NCBI GenBank assembly: GCA_903822335.1
Contig: CAIJOT010000150.1
Span: 1 to 51,508 of the forward strand
DNA: 51,508 bases
Reading direction: 5' to 3'
DNA from: an uncultured delta proteobacterium
GTDB lineage: Bacteria > Desulfobacterota > Syntrophorhabdia > Syntrophorhabdales > Syntrophorhabdaceae
Positions 16,855-24,908 of the stretch are shown piece by piece; position 1 is the stretch's first letter, and the number at the start of each line of letters is the position of its first letter. The notes under the pieces are model-generated. The model was not told where the DNA came from, ran no database searches, and saw nothing but the letters and a program-made list of their open reading frames with translations. A program made the translations under genes and the position numbers.

Positions 16855-18019
16855 TATTGTGATACTTGCAGCAGGTAAAGGCGAAAGGATGTTGTCAAGT
16901 AAACCAAAGGTCATGCATGAAATCCTCGGGAAACCAATGGTGGGATATGTGATTGAAAGGGCAAAGGAGCTTTCGCCAGATAATATCGTTGTGGTAATTG
17001 GTTATGGAAGAGAAAAGATAGAAACATACTTGAAAGCTTACCATGTACACTATTCGGTACAGAAAGAACAAAAAGGTACTGCCCATGCCCTTCTCACCGC
17101 CAAAAAGTTCATCAAAGATGGCGATATCCTTGTTCTCTATGGAGACGTTCCCTTAATAGAACATTCCACGCTTAGAAGCTTTCTCGCATTTTATGAGCAA
17201 TTCAAAAGCATTACCTTTATGACCACAGATGTGGACAATCCAAAAGGATATGGAAGGGTAATAATGCATAAGGATGAGATTCAGGAAATTGTGGAAGACG
17301 TTGATGCTACACCGGACATAAAACAGATAAAAAGAATAAATACAGGCATATGTATCATCCCGGGTAAGCTGTTTCATCTCCTGAAAACTATCAAATCGGA
17401 TAACAAAAAGGGCGAGTACTATCTCACCGATATATGCAAGATTGCAAAGAGAGAAGGTCTCACAGTGAAGGGATACCAGCATCAAAAATCCTCAGAGGTT
17501 TTAGGGATTAACACGAGGAAGGAGCTTCTGGAAGCTCATTTTACAATAAAGGAGAGAATCCTTGAAGAACATATGCAAAATGGGGTGACACTTCTTGACA
17601 GGAACATCTATGTTGAAAATAATGTAAAGATAGGTAAGGATACAACAATCTTCCCGAACTGTTATATAATGGGTGATACCACAATTGGAGAAAATGTTGT
17701 GATTGGCCCGAATGTAATCATAAAAGATTCGAAGATACACAATAATGTGAGCATAGAAGGGTTTGTTGTCATGGAAGGGGTGGAAATGGAAGAAGGTGCA
17801 AAAGCAGGGCCTTTTTCCAGATTAAGACCTGCTACCCATCTCGGTAAGGATGTCAGGGTAGGCAGCTTTGTCGAGGTAAAAAATTCAATACTCCGTGAAG
17901 ACACAAATGCAAACCATCTTTCCTATATCGGAGATGCAGAAATAGGGAAGCACGTTAACATCGGGGCAGGCACTATTACTTGTAACTACAATAGGAGGAG
18001 AAAAAAGTGTGCGGAATAG
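16841..18019 (+). CDS. glmU: GlmU (UDP-GlcNAc diphosphorylase / GlcN-1-P acetyltransferase), C-terminally truncated relative to canonical GlmU
   Basis: ILAAGKGERM, the LbH domain and HLSYIGDAEIGKHVNIGAGTITCNY are all canonical. The ORF stops 10 codons after CNY, whereas E. coli GlmU continues for about 70 residues. Confidence 0.8.
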   Translation: MKRLNIVILAAGKGERMLSSKPKVMHEILGKPMVGYVIERAKELSPDNIVVVIGYGREKIETYLKAYHVHYSVQKEQKGTAHALLTAKKFIKDGDILVLYGDVPLIEHSTLRSFLAFYEQFKSITFMTTDVDNPKGYGRVIMHKDEIQEIVEDVDATPDIKQIKRINTGICIIPGKLFHLLKTIKSDNKKGEYYLTDICKIAKREGLTVKGYQHQKSSEVLGINTRKELLEAHFTIKERILEEHMQNGVTLLDRNIYVENNVKIGKDTTIFPNCYIMGDTTIGENVVIGPNVIIKDSKIHNNVSIEGFVVMEGVEMEEGAKAGPFSRLRPATHLGKDVRVGSFVEVKNSILREDTNANHLSYIGDAEIGKHVNIGAGTITCNYNRRRKKCAE

Positions 18020-19830
18020 TAGGGTATAAAGGGAAAAACGAAGCATGCGATATATTGATAGAGGCTTTGAAGCGATTGGAGTACAGGGGTTATGATTCTG
18101 CCGGCATTGCATTGTGGAATGAAGGAAGAATAGCGATTGAGAGGAAAAAAGGTAAGGTAGATGATTTAAAAAAGATCGTGTACAACAACGACAGCTTTAA
18201 AGGGAAAATGGGGCTTGCCCACACAAGATGGGCAACCCACGGGACACCTTCAGAGCGGAACGCCCATCCTCATAAGGCTGATGATGTGGTAGTTGTCCAT
18301 AACGGTATTATCGAAAACTATATAGAATTAAAAACAAAACTGAAAGATGAAGGCCATAAATTCCTTTCCGATACAGACACGGAGGTTATTCCCCATCTCA
18401 TCACAAACCACTTGAGGAAGGGTATGAATTTCATAGATGCCGTCAGGGCAACCCTTAAGGAACTGAAAGGTTCTTATGCCCTTGGCATTATAAAGGAGAC
18501 AGAGAAGACTTTGATCGCCGCTAAAAAGGAAAGTCCGCTGATTGTTGGTGTGGGTGAGGGAGAATATTTCATCGCCAGCGATGTTCCTGCCATTATCAAC
18601 AGAACAAACAGGTTCATATTCCTTGAAGACAACGATGTAGCAATTTTTAAGGACGGAACATTACTCTTGATCAATGTGGACGGCAAAGAAGTGCAAAGAA
18701 AGGTTCACGAGGTTTATTGGACAGAGGCAATGGCAGAAAAGGGCGGTTATAAACATTTCATGCTGAAAGAGATCTTTGAACAACCAAGGGCAATCTCTGA
18801 CACATTGATAGGAAGGATCAAAGAAGAAAAAGGTCTGGTTGAGTTTGAAGAGTTAAAACTACCCGATATAAGCAAGATGAAAAAGATCTGGATGATAGCA
18901 TGCGGGACATCTTACCATGCCTGTATAATAGGAAAGCACATGTTCGAGGCCAATCTCAGAATACCTGTGGAAACGGATATTGCCTCTGAATTCCGTTACA
19001 GAGACCCCATACTGGGCAAGAACGATATGTTGATACTCGTTTCCCAGTCAGGAGAGACAGCCGATACCATCGCTGCCATGAAAGAGGGGAAAAAGAGAGG
19101 TGCTTACACTTTGTCAGTATGCAACGTGCTTGGAAGCACCCTGGCCAGAGAAGCAGATGGGGTCATTTTCACCCATGCAGGCCCGGAGATAGGCGTGGCA
19201 TCCACAAAAGCCTTTACAACCCAGATTTCTGTCCTCTTCATGCTCATGCTCCACATAGGAAAAAAACTCGGGAAAATGCAGAGTGATGAGATAAGGAATA
19301 GCATTGGTGAGATAAAAAAGATACCCCACAAGATTCAAACAATCCTTGATATGTCAAACGTCATAGAGGAGCTTGCGAGGAAGTATATGGGATTTAAAGA
19401 TTTTCTCTACCTCGGAAGGGGCATCAACTACCCTACTGTCCAGGAAGGGGCACTGAAATTGAAAGAGATTTCCTATATCCACGCAGAAGCATACGCAGCC
19501 GGGGAAATGAAGCATGGGCCAATTGCCCTGATAGATGAGAATTTACCTGTAGTATTTGTGTCTCCCAATGACCATACCTACAAGAAGACATGTGGAAACA
19601 TGGAGGAGGTTATCACAAGGAGAGGCAGGATCCTGCTATTCACTGACGACAACTCTCATGAGATGGCAAGCAGGGTGGACAACCTTTTTATATTGCCGAA
19701 AACAATCTATGAACTCCAACCGATACTCTCTGTTGTTCCTCTCCAGCTACTCGCCTATTATATTGCAAATTTCTTAGGAACAGACGTTGACCAGCCTCGC
19801 AACCTTGCAAAAAGCGTAACGGTGGAGTAA
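18007..19830 (+). CDS. glmS: Glutamine--fructose-6-phosphate aminotransferase
   Basis: GTG start followed by CGIVGY (N-terminal nucleophile Cys), two SIS domains and the C-terminal DQPRNLAKSVTVE. Confidence 0.95.
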   Translation: MCGIVGYKGKNEACDILIEALKRLEYRGYDSAGIALWNEGRIAIERKKGKVDDLKKIVYNNDSFKGKMGLAHTRWATHGTPSERNAHPHKADDVVVVHNGIIENYIELKTKLKDEGHKFLSDTDTEVIPHLITNHLRKGMNFIDAVRATLKELKGSYALGIIKETEKTLIAAKKESPLIVGVGEGEYFIASDVPAIINRTNRFIFLEDNDVAIFKDGTLLLINVDGKEVQRKVHEVYWTEAMAEKGGYKHFMLKEIFEQPRAISDTLIGRIKEEKGLVEFEELKLPDISKMKKIWMIACGTSYHACIIGKHMFEANLRIPVETDIASEFRYRDPILGKNDMLILVSQSGETADTIAAMKEGKKRGAYTLSVCNVLGSTLAREADGVIFTHAGPEIGVASTKAFTTQISVLFMLMLHIGKKLGKMQSDEIRNSIGEIKKIPHKIQTILDMSNVIEELARKYMGFKDFLYLGRGINYPTVQEGALKLKEISYIHAEAYAAGEMKHGPIALIDENLPVVFVSPNDHTYKKTCGNMEEVITRRGRILLFTDDNSHEMASRVDNLFILPKTIYELQPILSVVPLQLLAYYIANFLGTDVDQPRNLAKSVTVE

Positions 19831-20021
19831 CTTCGAGCTACCTGAACAAACATTTCTCTTTCCATTTCCCAACAGTTCTTGTATTTATTTAAGTGTTGGG
19901 CATACATGACCCTTATATAACATTTCCTACTCGTTTTCTAAATACATCTAAAAACCATATAATAATTATCCTGAAGTCAATATTTTATTCTCATAGAGAT
20001 ATAAATAAAGAAAATATTTAT

Positions 20022-20051
20022 TTGACATTTACAATAATATAATGATATATT
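20022..20051 (+). promoter_or_regulatory. Putative sigma70-type promoter of the GHKL cassette (TTGACA-18-TATATT)
   Basis: TTGACA at 20022-20027 and TATATT at 20046-20051, about 30 nt upstream of the ORF1 ATG. An AGGGG SD lies at 20072-20076. Confidence 0.5.
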
Positions 20052-20081
20052 GAAACTATAAAGCTATTATCAGGGGTATTT

Positions 20082-20300
20082 ATGGAACAGGAAAGCAGAC
20101 ATGAAAGGTTCAAAAGGATAGCTGCAAAGAGAACCAATGAGATATTAGAGAAAATCAGGATACTTGGAAATTGTTCGAATAAGAGTTCTTATGAATACAC
20201 AGAGGAGGAAATTAATAAGATTTTTTCGGAGATTGACAAACAGTTGAAACTCACAAAGGCAAAATTTTTAGCAGGAAAGAGAGAAAGATTTAAATTGTGA
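20082..20300 (+). CDS. Small (72 aa) Lys/Glu-rich helical protein of unknown function, first gene of the GHKL cassette
   Basis: Good SD (AGGGG, 5-nt spacer). The sequence RFKRIAAKRTNEILEKIRILGN...EEEINKIFSEIDKQLKLTKAKF looks like two amphipathic helices. No family recognised. Confidence 0.55.
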   Translation: MEQESRHERFKRIAAKRTNEILEKIRILGNCSNKSSYEYTEEEINKIFSEIDKQLKLTKAKFLAGKRERFKL

Positions 20301-20328
20301 AAATAGATAGAAAAAAGGGGGTCAATAT

Positions 20329-22107
20329 ATGCCAATTAAAATAGGTATATCACCAAAAATAATTCTTTCTATTGCAACGCTTTATAATGATGTCAATAGA
20401 ATTTTCATGGAGTATATTGATAATTCCCTTGATAGTGCTGAAGATTTATACTCGGTAGAAGAAAATTCATACAAACGCCCTGTAGAGATTGCTCTGATTA
20501 TACAAGGCAGAGATTTCAGGGGTGGTCAGGTTCAAATTATTGATAACTGTATAGGTATAACAAATTTTTCAAAAGTTGTTCAAAGTATAGGATTTTCAGA
20601 CAAAAAAGTAAAAGCTCAACCCTGGATAAATGGTCAATTTGGTTACGGAATTTATTCTTTTTTGGCTTGTTGTGAAAAACTCGAAATAACATCAAAACTG
20701 CAAAAGGAGGATGCTCTTTACATACCAATTAATAGAGATCAATTTGAAGCAGAAAGGCAGGAAGATGTTGTTTTCCCTGATCCTAAGAAAGTGAGAAAAT
20801 TTGATTTTGAGTCTGGTACAAAAGTATGCCTTTCAAATTTTGATAAGACTTGTTGGCGACAAGTTGATATTGTTGAACTCAAAAGTGAAATTGAAAAACA
20901 TTTTGAGTTGTTGTTGGCAAGAAAAAACTTGTCTATAAAATTGATAAAAAAAGATGATTCTATTTTCAACCAAGATGAAGAAATAATATGCAAGTCCTTT
21001 GATTATGGACAATATGATGGTGAGGTTTGGGAGGATTATGCAGAAACATTATCATTTTCATGGGGTAAAAAAAATCCAGTAAGGACAACAATTAAACCAA
21101 GAAAACCTATACACGTGTATATAAAAATTACCACAGGGAAGGAGATAAACAAGAGGCCAGTATTTATTTCTAAAGGTAGAAGAATTGGTGAGATAAAAGA
21201 TATAAAATCATTCAAATCGTCACACAAAAGTGATTTATGGGATCATCCGAATGTAACAGGATATGTTGACTTGTCAGATTTTTTAGACCCAACAATAGCA
21301 CGGAATGATTTTAGAAACAATAATAATTCCAAAGCATTATACAATTATTTGATTGAGATAGAACCATTGATTTTGGATGAAATAAAAAATGTGAACAAAA
21401 AAGCAGAAGAAAGACATTATCAAGAACTCGAAGATAAGTTAAACGAAGCGTTATCAAAATTAGCACGCATAGACTCCATGATGTATCGAACAGACTATAT
21501 ATCAGGAGACAAAGTAAATTTGGAAAAAAATGGAATAGGCAAACACATTGATGAAGAATCTGGTGGTAAAGATCATGGCAAAGATAGAGATGGATCTCGT
21601 TCAGGTAAAGGTGTTGGGGACAGTCTTGGTGATGGTAAAGGAATTGATAATGGTTTCGGAGGATTGCCTGGTGGTGATAAAGGTGGCGACAATGCATTAA
21701 ACAAAGAGGCTTCTAATCCATTCGAAGATACCGGTTTTAAAGGTCAGGAAAAAAGAAAAAGTGGTTTTAATATTAGAATTGTAGACAGAGAGCCCGATAT
21801 TGATAATGAGACAAAAAAACCAATTCGTTCGAGTTTAATTGGAAATGAAATAACGATATTCAAACAACACACTGATTTTCAAGATCGAGTTGATGTTTCA
21901 AGGAAAAGAGAGGCAAAGATAACACAACGCTTAATAACTTATTTAGCAGGAGAAATTACAGTCCATTACAAAGACAAATTTCATAACAAAAATGGTCAGC
22001 CAGAATATAATAAAAAACTTTTTATCGATCTCGTAAGCTTCGTTTATGAATTTGAAAAGATGTTAAAAGATTTATCAGGTAAAAATTTGGCTGATTTGAA
22101 TAGTTAG
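20329..22107 (+). CDS. GHKL-superfamily (MORC/paraMORC, HATPase_c_3-like) ATPase with a Gly/Asp/Lys-rich linker and an unassigned C-terminal domain
   Basis: Bergerat motifs occur in order: EYIDNSLDS (aa 28-36), DNCIGIT (72-78), GQFGYGIYS (102-110), GTKV (163-166). A GGGGG SD sits 7 nt upstream of the ATG. Confidence 0.75.
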   Translation: MPIKIGISPKIILSIATLYNDVNRIFMEYIDNSLDSAEDLYSVEENSYKRPVEIALIIQGRDFRGGQVQIIDNCIGITNFSKVVQSIGFSDKKVKAQPWINGQFGYGIYSFLACCEKLEITSKLQKEDALYIPINRDQFEAERQEDVVFPDPKKVRKFDFESGTKVCLSNFDKTCWRQVDIVELKSEIEKHFELLLARKNLSIKLIKKDDSIFNQDEEIICKSFDYGQYDGEVWEDYAETLSFSWGKKNPVRTTIKPRKPIHVYIKITTGKEINKRPVFISKGRRIGEIKDIKSFKSSHKSDLWDHPNVTGYVDLSDFLDPTIARNDFRNNNNSKALYNYLIEIEPLILDEIKNVNKKAEERHYQELEDKLNEALSKLARIDSMMYRTDYISGDKVNLEKNGIGKHIDEESGGKDHGKDRDGSRSGKGVGDSLGDGKGIDNGFGGLPGGDKGGDNALNKEASNPFEDTGFKGQEKRKSGFNIRIVDREPDIDNETKKPIRSSLIGNEITIFKQHTDFQDRVDVSRKREAKITQRLITYLAGEITVHYKDKFHNKNGQPEYNKKLFIDLVSFVYEFEKMLKDLSGKNLADLNS

Positions 22108-22109
22108 CA

Positions 22110-22991
22110 ATGAATATCGGTGTTTTAATAGAACAGATTACCCCTTTATACAACAACTACAAAAGAAACAAGAAAGATATTTCTGCTGTTAAGGCACTTG
22201 AAATTATGTGGGATATCGGTGAGATATTAAGCAGTTATATAAAAAAAGAAAACATAGCCCCACACACTTTATTTTGGAGTGTATACGGAAAAAGTGAAGG
22301 GATAAAGAATATTCCACAAAAAAGTTATATAACAAGAGAGTTTCAAAACCGTTGTTATAGAATCAGAAAGATATTCAAAGACAGGAAAGATATAGATAAT
22401 ATTTTTCACAACTTAAAAAGTTTTACAGCGTTCAGAGAATCAATGCCTTTTTTTGATAATCATCGATATAAATTGAAAGGCAAAGAGCAAAACAACTTGG
22501 TTAAATTGCTTAATAGCGATGTGCCTCTAATTGAAATAATGAAAAAAATAAAAGAATTACAAACAAAAAAGATTGGTATTAAAAACCCTCGTAACCAAAG
22601 ATTACATGAAGTCGAAAAAGAAAAAGAAATTTTTATAAATTTTTATAATTTTATATATAGAATTATAAAGGCAGGAAATTATCAGCTTCTATTAAGTGAA
22701 TTAAAAGGCATAGATATTAAATATATTGAAGTATTATCGAAGAATACTGGTGCATTAACACAAGAAGGGCTGAAAATGTTTAAGTTAGAAATACCAAACA
22801 ATCTTTCATCGCCTTGGGTTGAATATAGTGATGTGGTTAAAAAATTAATTAATCAGAAAGACCCAAAATTAAGAAGGAGATTTAGGAGGTTAATTCCAGT
22901 TGAAAGAATATCAAATCTGGCTAATATGCTCTATGCATTGTTGTCAGAAGAAAATTATAACAGTATGGCAAGAAAAATGAGCGTGCCTTGA
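22110..22991 (+). CDS. Uncharacterised 293-aa helical protein, third gene of the GHKL cassette; contains an RNQRLH (HEPN-like Rx4H) motif
   Basis: The start is 2 nt after the ORF2 stop, suggesting coupling. Lys/Asn-rich. The N-terminal ~110 aa loosely resemble DUF1016/YhcG N-terminal helical regions. RNQRLH at aa 161-166. Confidence 0.55.
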   Translation: MNIGVLIEQITPLYNNYKRNKKDISAVKALEIMWDIGEILSSYIKKENIAPHTLFWSVYGKSEGIKNIPQKSYITREFQNRCYRIRKIFKDRKDIDNIFHNLKSFTAFRESMPFFDNHRYKLKGKEQNNLVKLLNSDVPLIEIMKKIKELQTKKIGIKNPRNQRLHEVEKEKEIFINFYNFIYRIIKAGNYQLLLSELKGIDIKYIEVLSKNTGALTQEGLKMFKLEIPNNLSSPWVEYSDVVKKLINQKDPKLRRRFRRLIPVERISNLANMLYALLSEENYNSMARKMSVP

Positions 22992-23071
22992 AAAAGAAAA
23001 TATTTTTATACAGGTTGGATGTAAATTCGAACGGACTGAGTGTTAACTTTTTAAAGGAATGTTGTTAGCGA

Positions 23072-24115
23072 ATGTTCAAGCCTAATTTCAAATATACCCA
23101 TAAAATAGTGAATAATCTAACACAGATTTCTGTTGCAAGGGAGTTGATTCTCAACTCTCCTTTGATCCCTAAATGGGAAGTAACGCTACGCCGTGAGGCA
23201 ATTATACGGAGCGCTCATTGTTCCACCAGCATCGAAGGCAACAGGCTATCCCTTGAACAGGTAAGTGATTTAGCCCATGGCCGTGAAGTGATGGCAACCC
23301 GAAAAGACAGGCAAGAAGTCCTGAATTATTTGGGCGTGTTGGAAAACACTGAAAAATTAGCTCCCGGGAAGATAATTACAGAAAATACCATATTAAATAT
23401 ACACAAATTATTAACACAGGAAACACTTGAGAGTCCTTCTGATTGTGGAGTATATCGCAATCGTTATGTAGTAGTAGCAAACAGGCTGACAGGCGAAATC
23501 ACCTTTAGACCTCCCTCTAACGAATATGTCCCTTCTCTGATAAGAGAACTGACGGAATGGTTAAATTCCTCTGAGGCAAATGAACTTGACCCTGTACTTG
23601 AGGCAGGAATATCCCACTATGAGTTTGTAAGAATCCATCCGTTTGTTGACGGTAATGGTAGAACCGCCCGGGTGTTGGCAAGTTTAATACTTTATCTGAG
23701 AGGTTTTGATATTAAGCAGTTTTTCTGTCTTGATGATTACTATGATACAGACAGACAATCATATTACAGGGCCTTACAAAGGGTCAATCAAGAGACACTG
23801 GATTTGACGGTATGGCTTGAATATTTTGTTGAAGGAGTTAATTTAAGTATAACTGCGGTGAAGGAGAGGGTAATAAGGCTCAGTAGCGAGAGATTAAGAA
23901 AAACAAGAAAAGGACAGATTGCCTTAACAGAAAAACAGATGAGGATTATCGAATTTATAAACAAGAATGGAAAAATAACAAACAAAGATATAAGAGAAAT
24001 GTTTAGATATTCATCTCAAGCCGCACATAAAGAGATTTTAAAGCTGGTTAAATTAGATGTGATTAATCCTGTTGGAAAGGGAAGAGCTTTCTCATACCAG
24101 ATAAAATCAAGTTGA
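23072..24115 (+). CDS. Fic/DOC-family protein (Fido domain) with N-terminal inhibitory motif and C-terminal winged-helix domain
   Basis: HPFVDGNGRTAR (aa 189-200) is the canonical Fic motif. STSIEG (aa 51-56) fits the (S/T)xxxE(G/N) inhibitory helix. The C-terminal EKQMRIIEFINKNGKITNKDIREMF looks like a wHTH. Confidence 0.9.
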   Translation: MFKPNFKYTHKIVNNLTQISVARELILNSPLIPKWEVTLRREAIIRSAHCSTSIEGNRLSLEQVSDLAHGREVMATRKDRQEVLNYLGVLENTEKLAPGKIITENTILNIHKLLTQETLESPSDCGVYRNRYVVVANRLTGEITFRPPSNEYVPSLIRELTEWLNSSEANELDPVLEAGISHYEFVRIHPFVDGNGRTARVLASLILYLRGFDIKQFFCLDDYYDTDRQSYYRALQRVNQETLDLTVWLEYFVEGVNLSITAVKERVIRLSSERLRKTRKGQIALTEKQMRIIEFINKNGKITNKDIREMFRYSSQAAHKEILKLVKLDVINPVGKGRAFSYQIKSS

Positions 24116-24146
24116 TGATTAGGTTGATTATTAGGTTGATGATTTT
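24111..24146. repeat. 12-bp tandem repeat x3 (GTTGATGATTAG / GTTGATTATTAG / GTTGATGATTTT)
   Basis: Read directly from the sequence. The first unit overlaps the last sense codon and the TGA stop of the Fic gene. Confidence 0.9.
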
Positions 24147-24190
24147 GTCTTAATAGAGGATAGGGATAAGGTTTTCGACATTCCCTTCTT

Positions 24191-24817
24191 TCATCTCATC
24201 TTCTTCAGTATCTGATTCGTCTCGTCCAGGTCAAATACGTTGGGGTCAAATTCGCCACCGAGCCATTCCATTGTGTCTTCATATTCGGGGTGTTTCGGGT
24301 TCTTTATAATCTCCAGCATGTCATAATAGCTGTATATGCCGCCGCAGTCTTCCGGGGGACAAGCGCTCTCGCCCTCCAGACAGACTGGACGCCCCGAAAA
24401 CCTCTCGTGATTGTCCATTATCTTCTCAACCTTTATCTTATGCTCCCACCCATCGCCAAAATCGTAGACATACACGAATGAACTCTTTGCTACAGGAGCA
24501 ATTTCATAAAGACGGACCCTGTTTTCGTTCTTCGACCTGTCCATCTCCATTTCAGGATCAGGGTCAGCGTAGGAAACATCTTTTACGATAAATTCATGGA
24601 GGTGAGAATCCGTCCAGTCCATAACGTTCTGGATAATTCGGTGCAGTTTTCCGAGGGTTGTATTGCCTGACACGAGGACCTGCCGCCATATCTCCGGATT
24701 GCTATCCATCAGGGATATCTTTAACTGATAGACCTTCTCTTTATCGTTGTTTGCTTTGGTGTGCAACGGCTTTTCGCCTTCTTTTTTCTCCCATTTTCCC
24801 TGCACTACTTTTCCCAT
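24191..24817 (-). CDS. Plasmid pRiA4b ORF-3-family protein
   Basis: YQLKISLMDSNPEIWRQVLVSGNTTLGKLHRIIQNVMDWTDSHLHEF and YVYDFGDGWEHKI are characteristic of this family. Confidence 0.75.
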   Translation of the reverse strand: MGKVVQGKWEKKEGEKPLHTKANNDKEKVYQLKISLMDSNPEIWRQVLVSGNTTLGKLHRIIQNVMDWTDSHLHEFIVKDVSYADPDPEMEMDRSKNENRVRLYEIAPVAKSSFVYVYDFGDGWEHKIKVEKIMDNHERFSGRPVCLEGESACPPEDCGGIYSYYDMLEIIKNPKHPEYEDTMEWLGGEFDPNVFDLDETNQILKKMR

Positions 24818-24866
24818 CTAACTATCCTCCATTATTAATATTTCCAACGTTACTCAAAACATATTG

Positions 24867-24908
24867 GATTCCCATTCGCAATTCGATAATTGTCATTCGT
24901 CACTCCAT
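24867..24908. repeat. Degenerate heptamer array (GATTCCC ATTCGCA ATTCGAT AATTGTC ATTCGTC ACTCCAT)
   Basis: 7-nt periodicity read directly. Lies in the intergenic region between the pRiA4b-ORF3 gene start and the uvrC stop. Confidence 0.7.

Noticed and set aside
17900-18010. glmS ribozyme or leader upstream of glmS
   Set aside because: The glmS start codon lies inside the end of glmU, so no untranslated leader exists that could hold a ribozyme.
19831-20081. Tn7-like transposon inserted at attTn7 downstream of glmS
   Set aside because: There are no tnsABCDE-like, integrase or transposase ORFs anywhere in 19.8-25.0 kb. I could not recognise Tn7-type terminal repeat clusters. Only the hotspot location is reminiscent.
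19864-24851. Imperfect direct repeat ATTTCC(C)AAC(A)GTT at 19864-19877 and 24840-24851 as island att sites
   Set aside because: It is only ~12 nt, needs two indels and is AT-rich, so it is not distinguishable from chance. I kept the exact 13-nt repeat around the cassette as a separate low-confidence finding instead.
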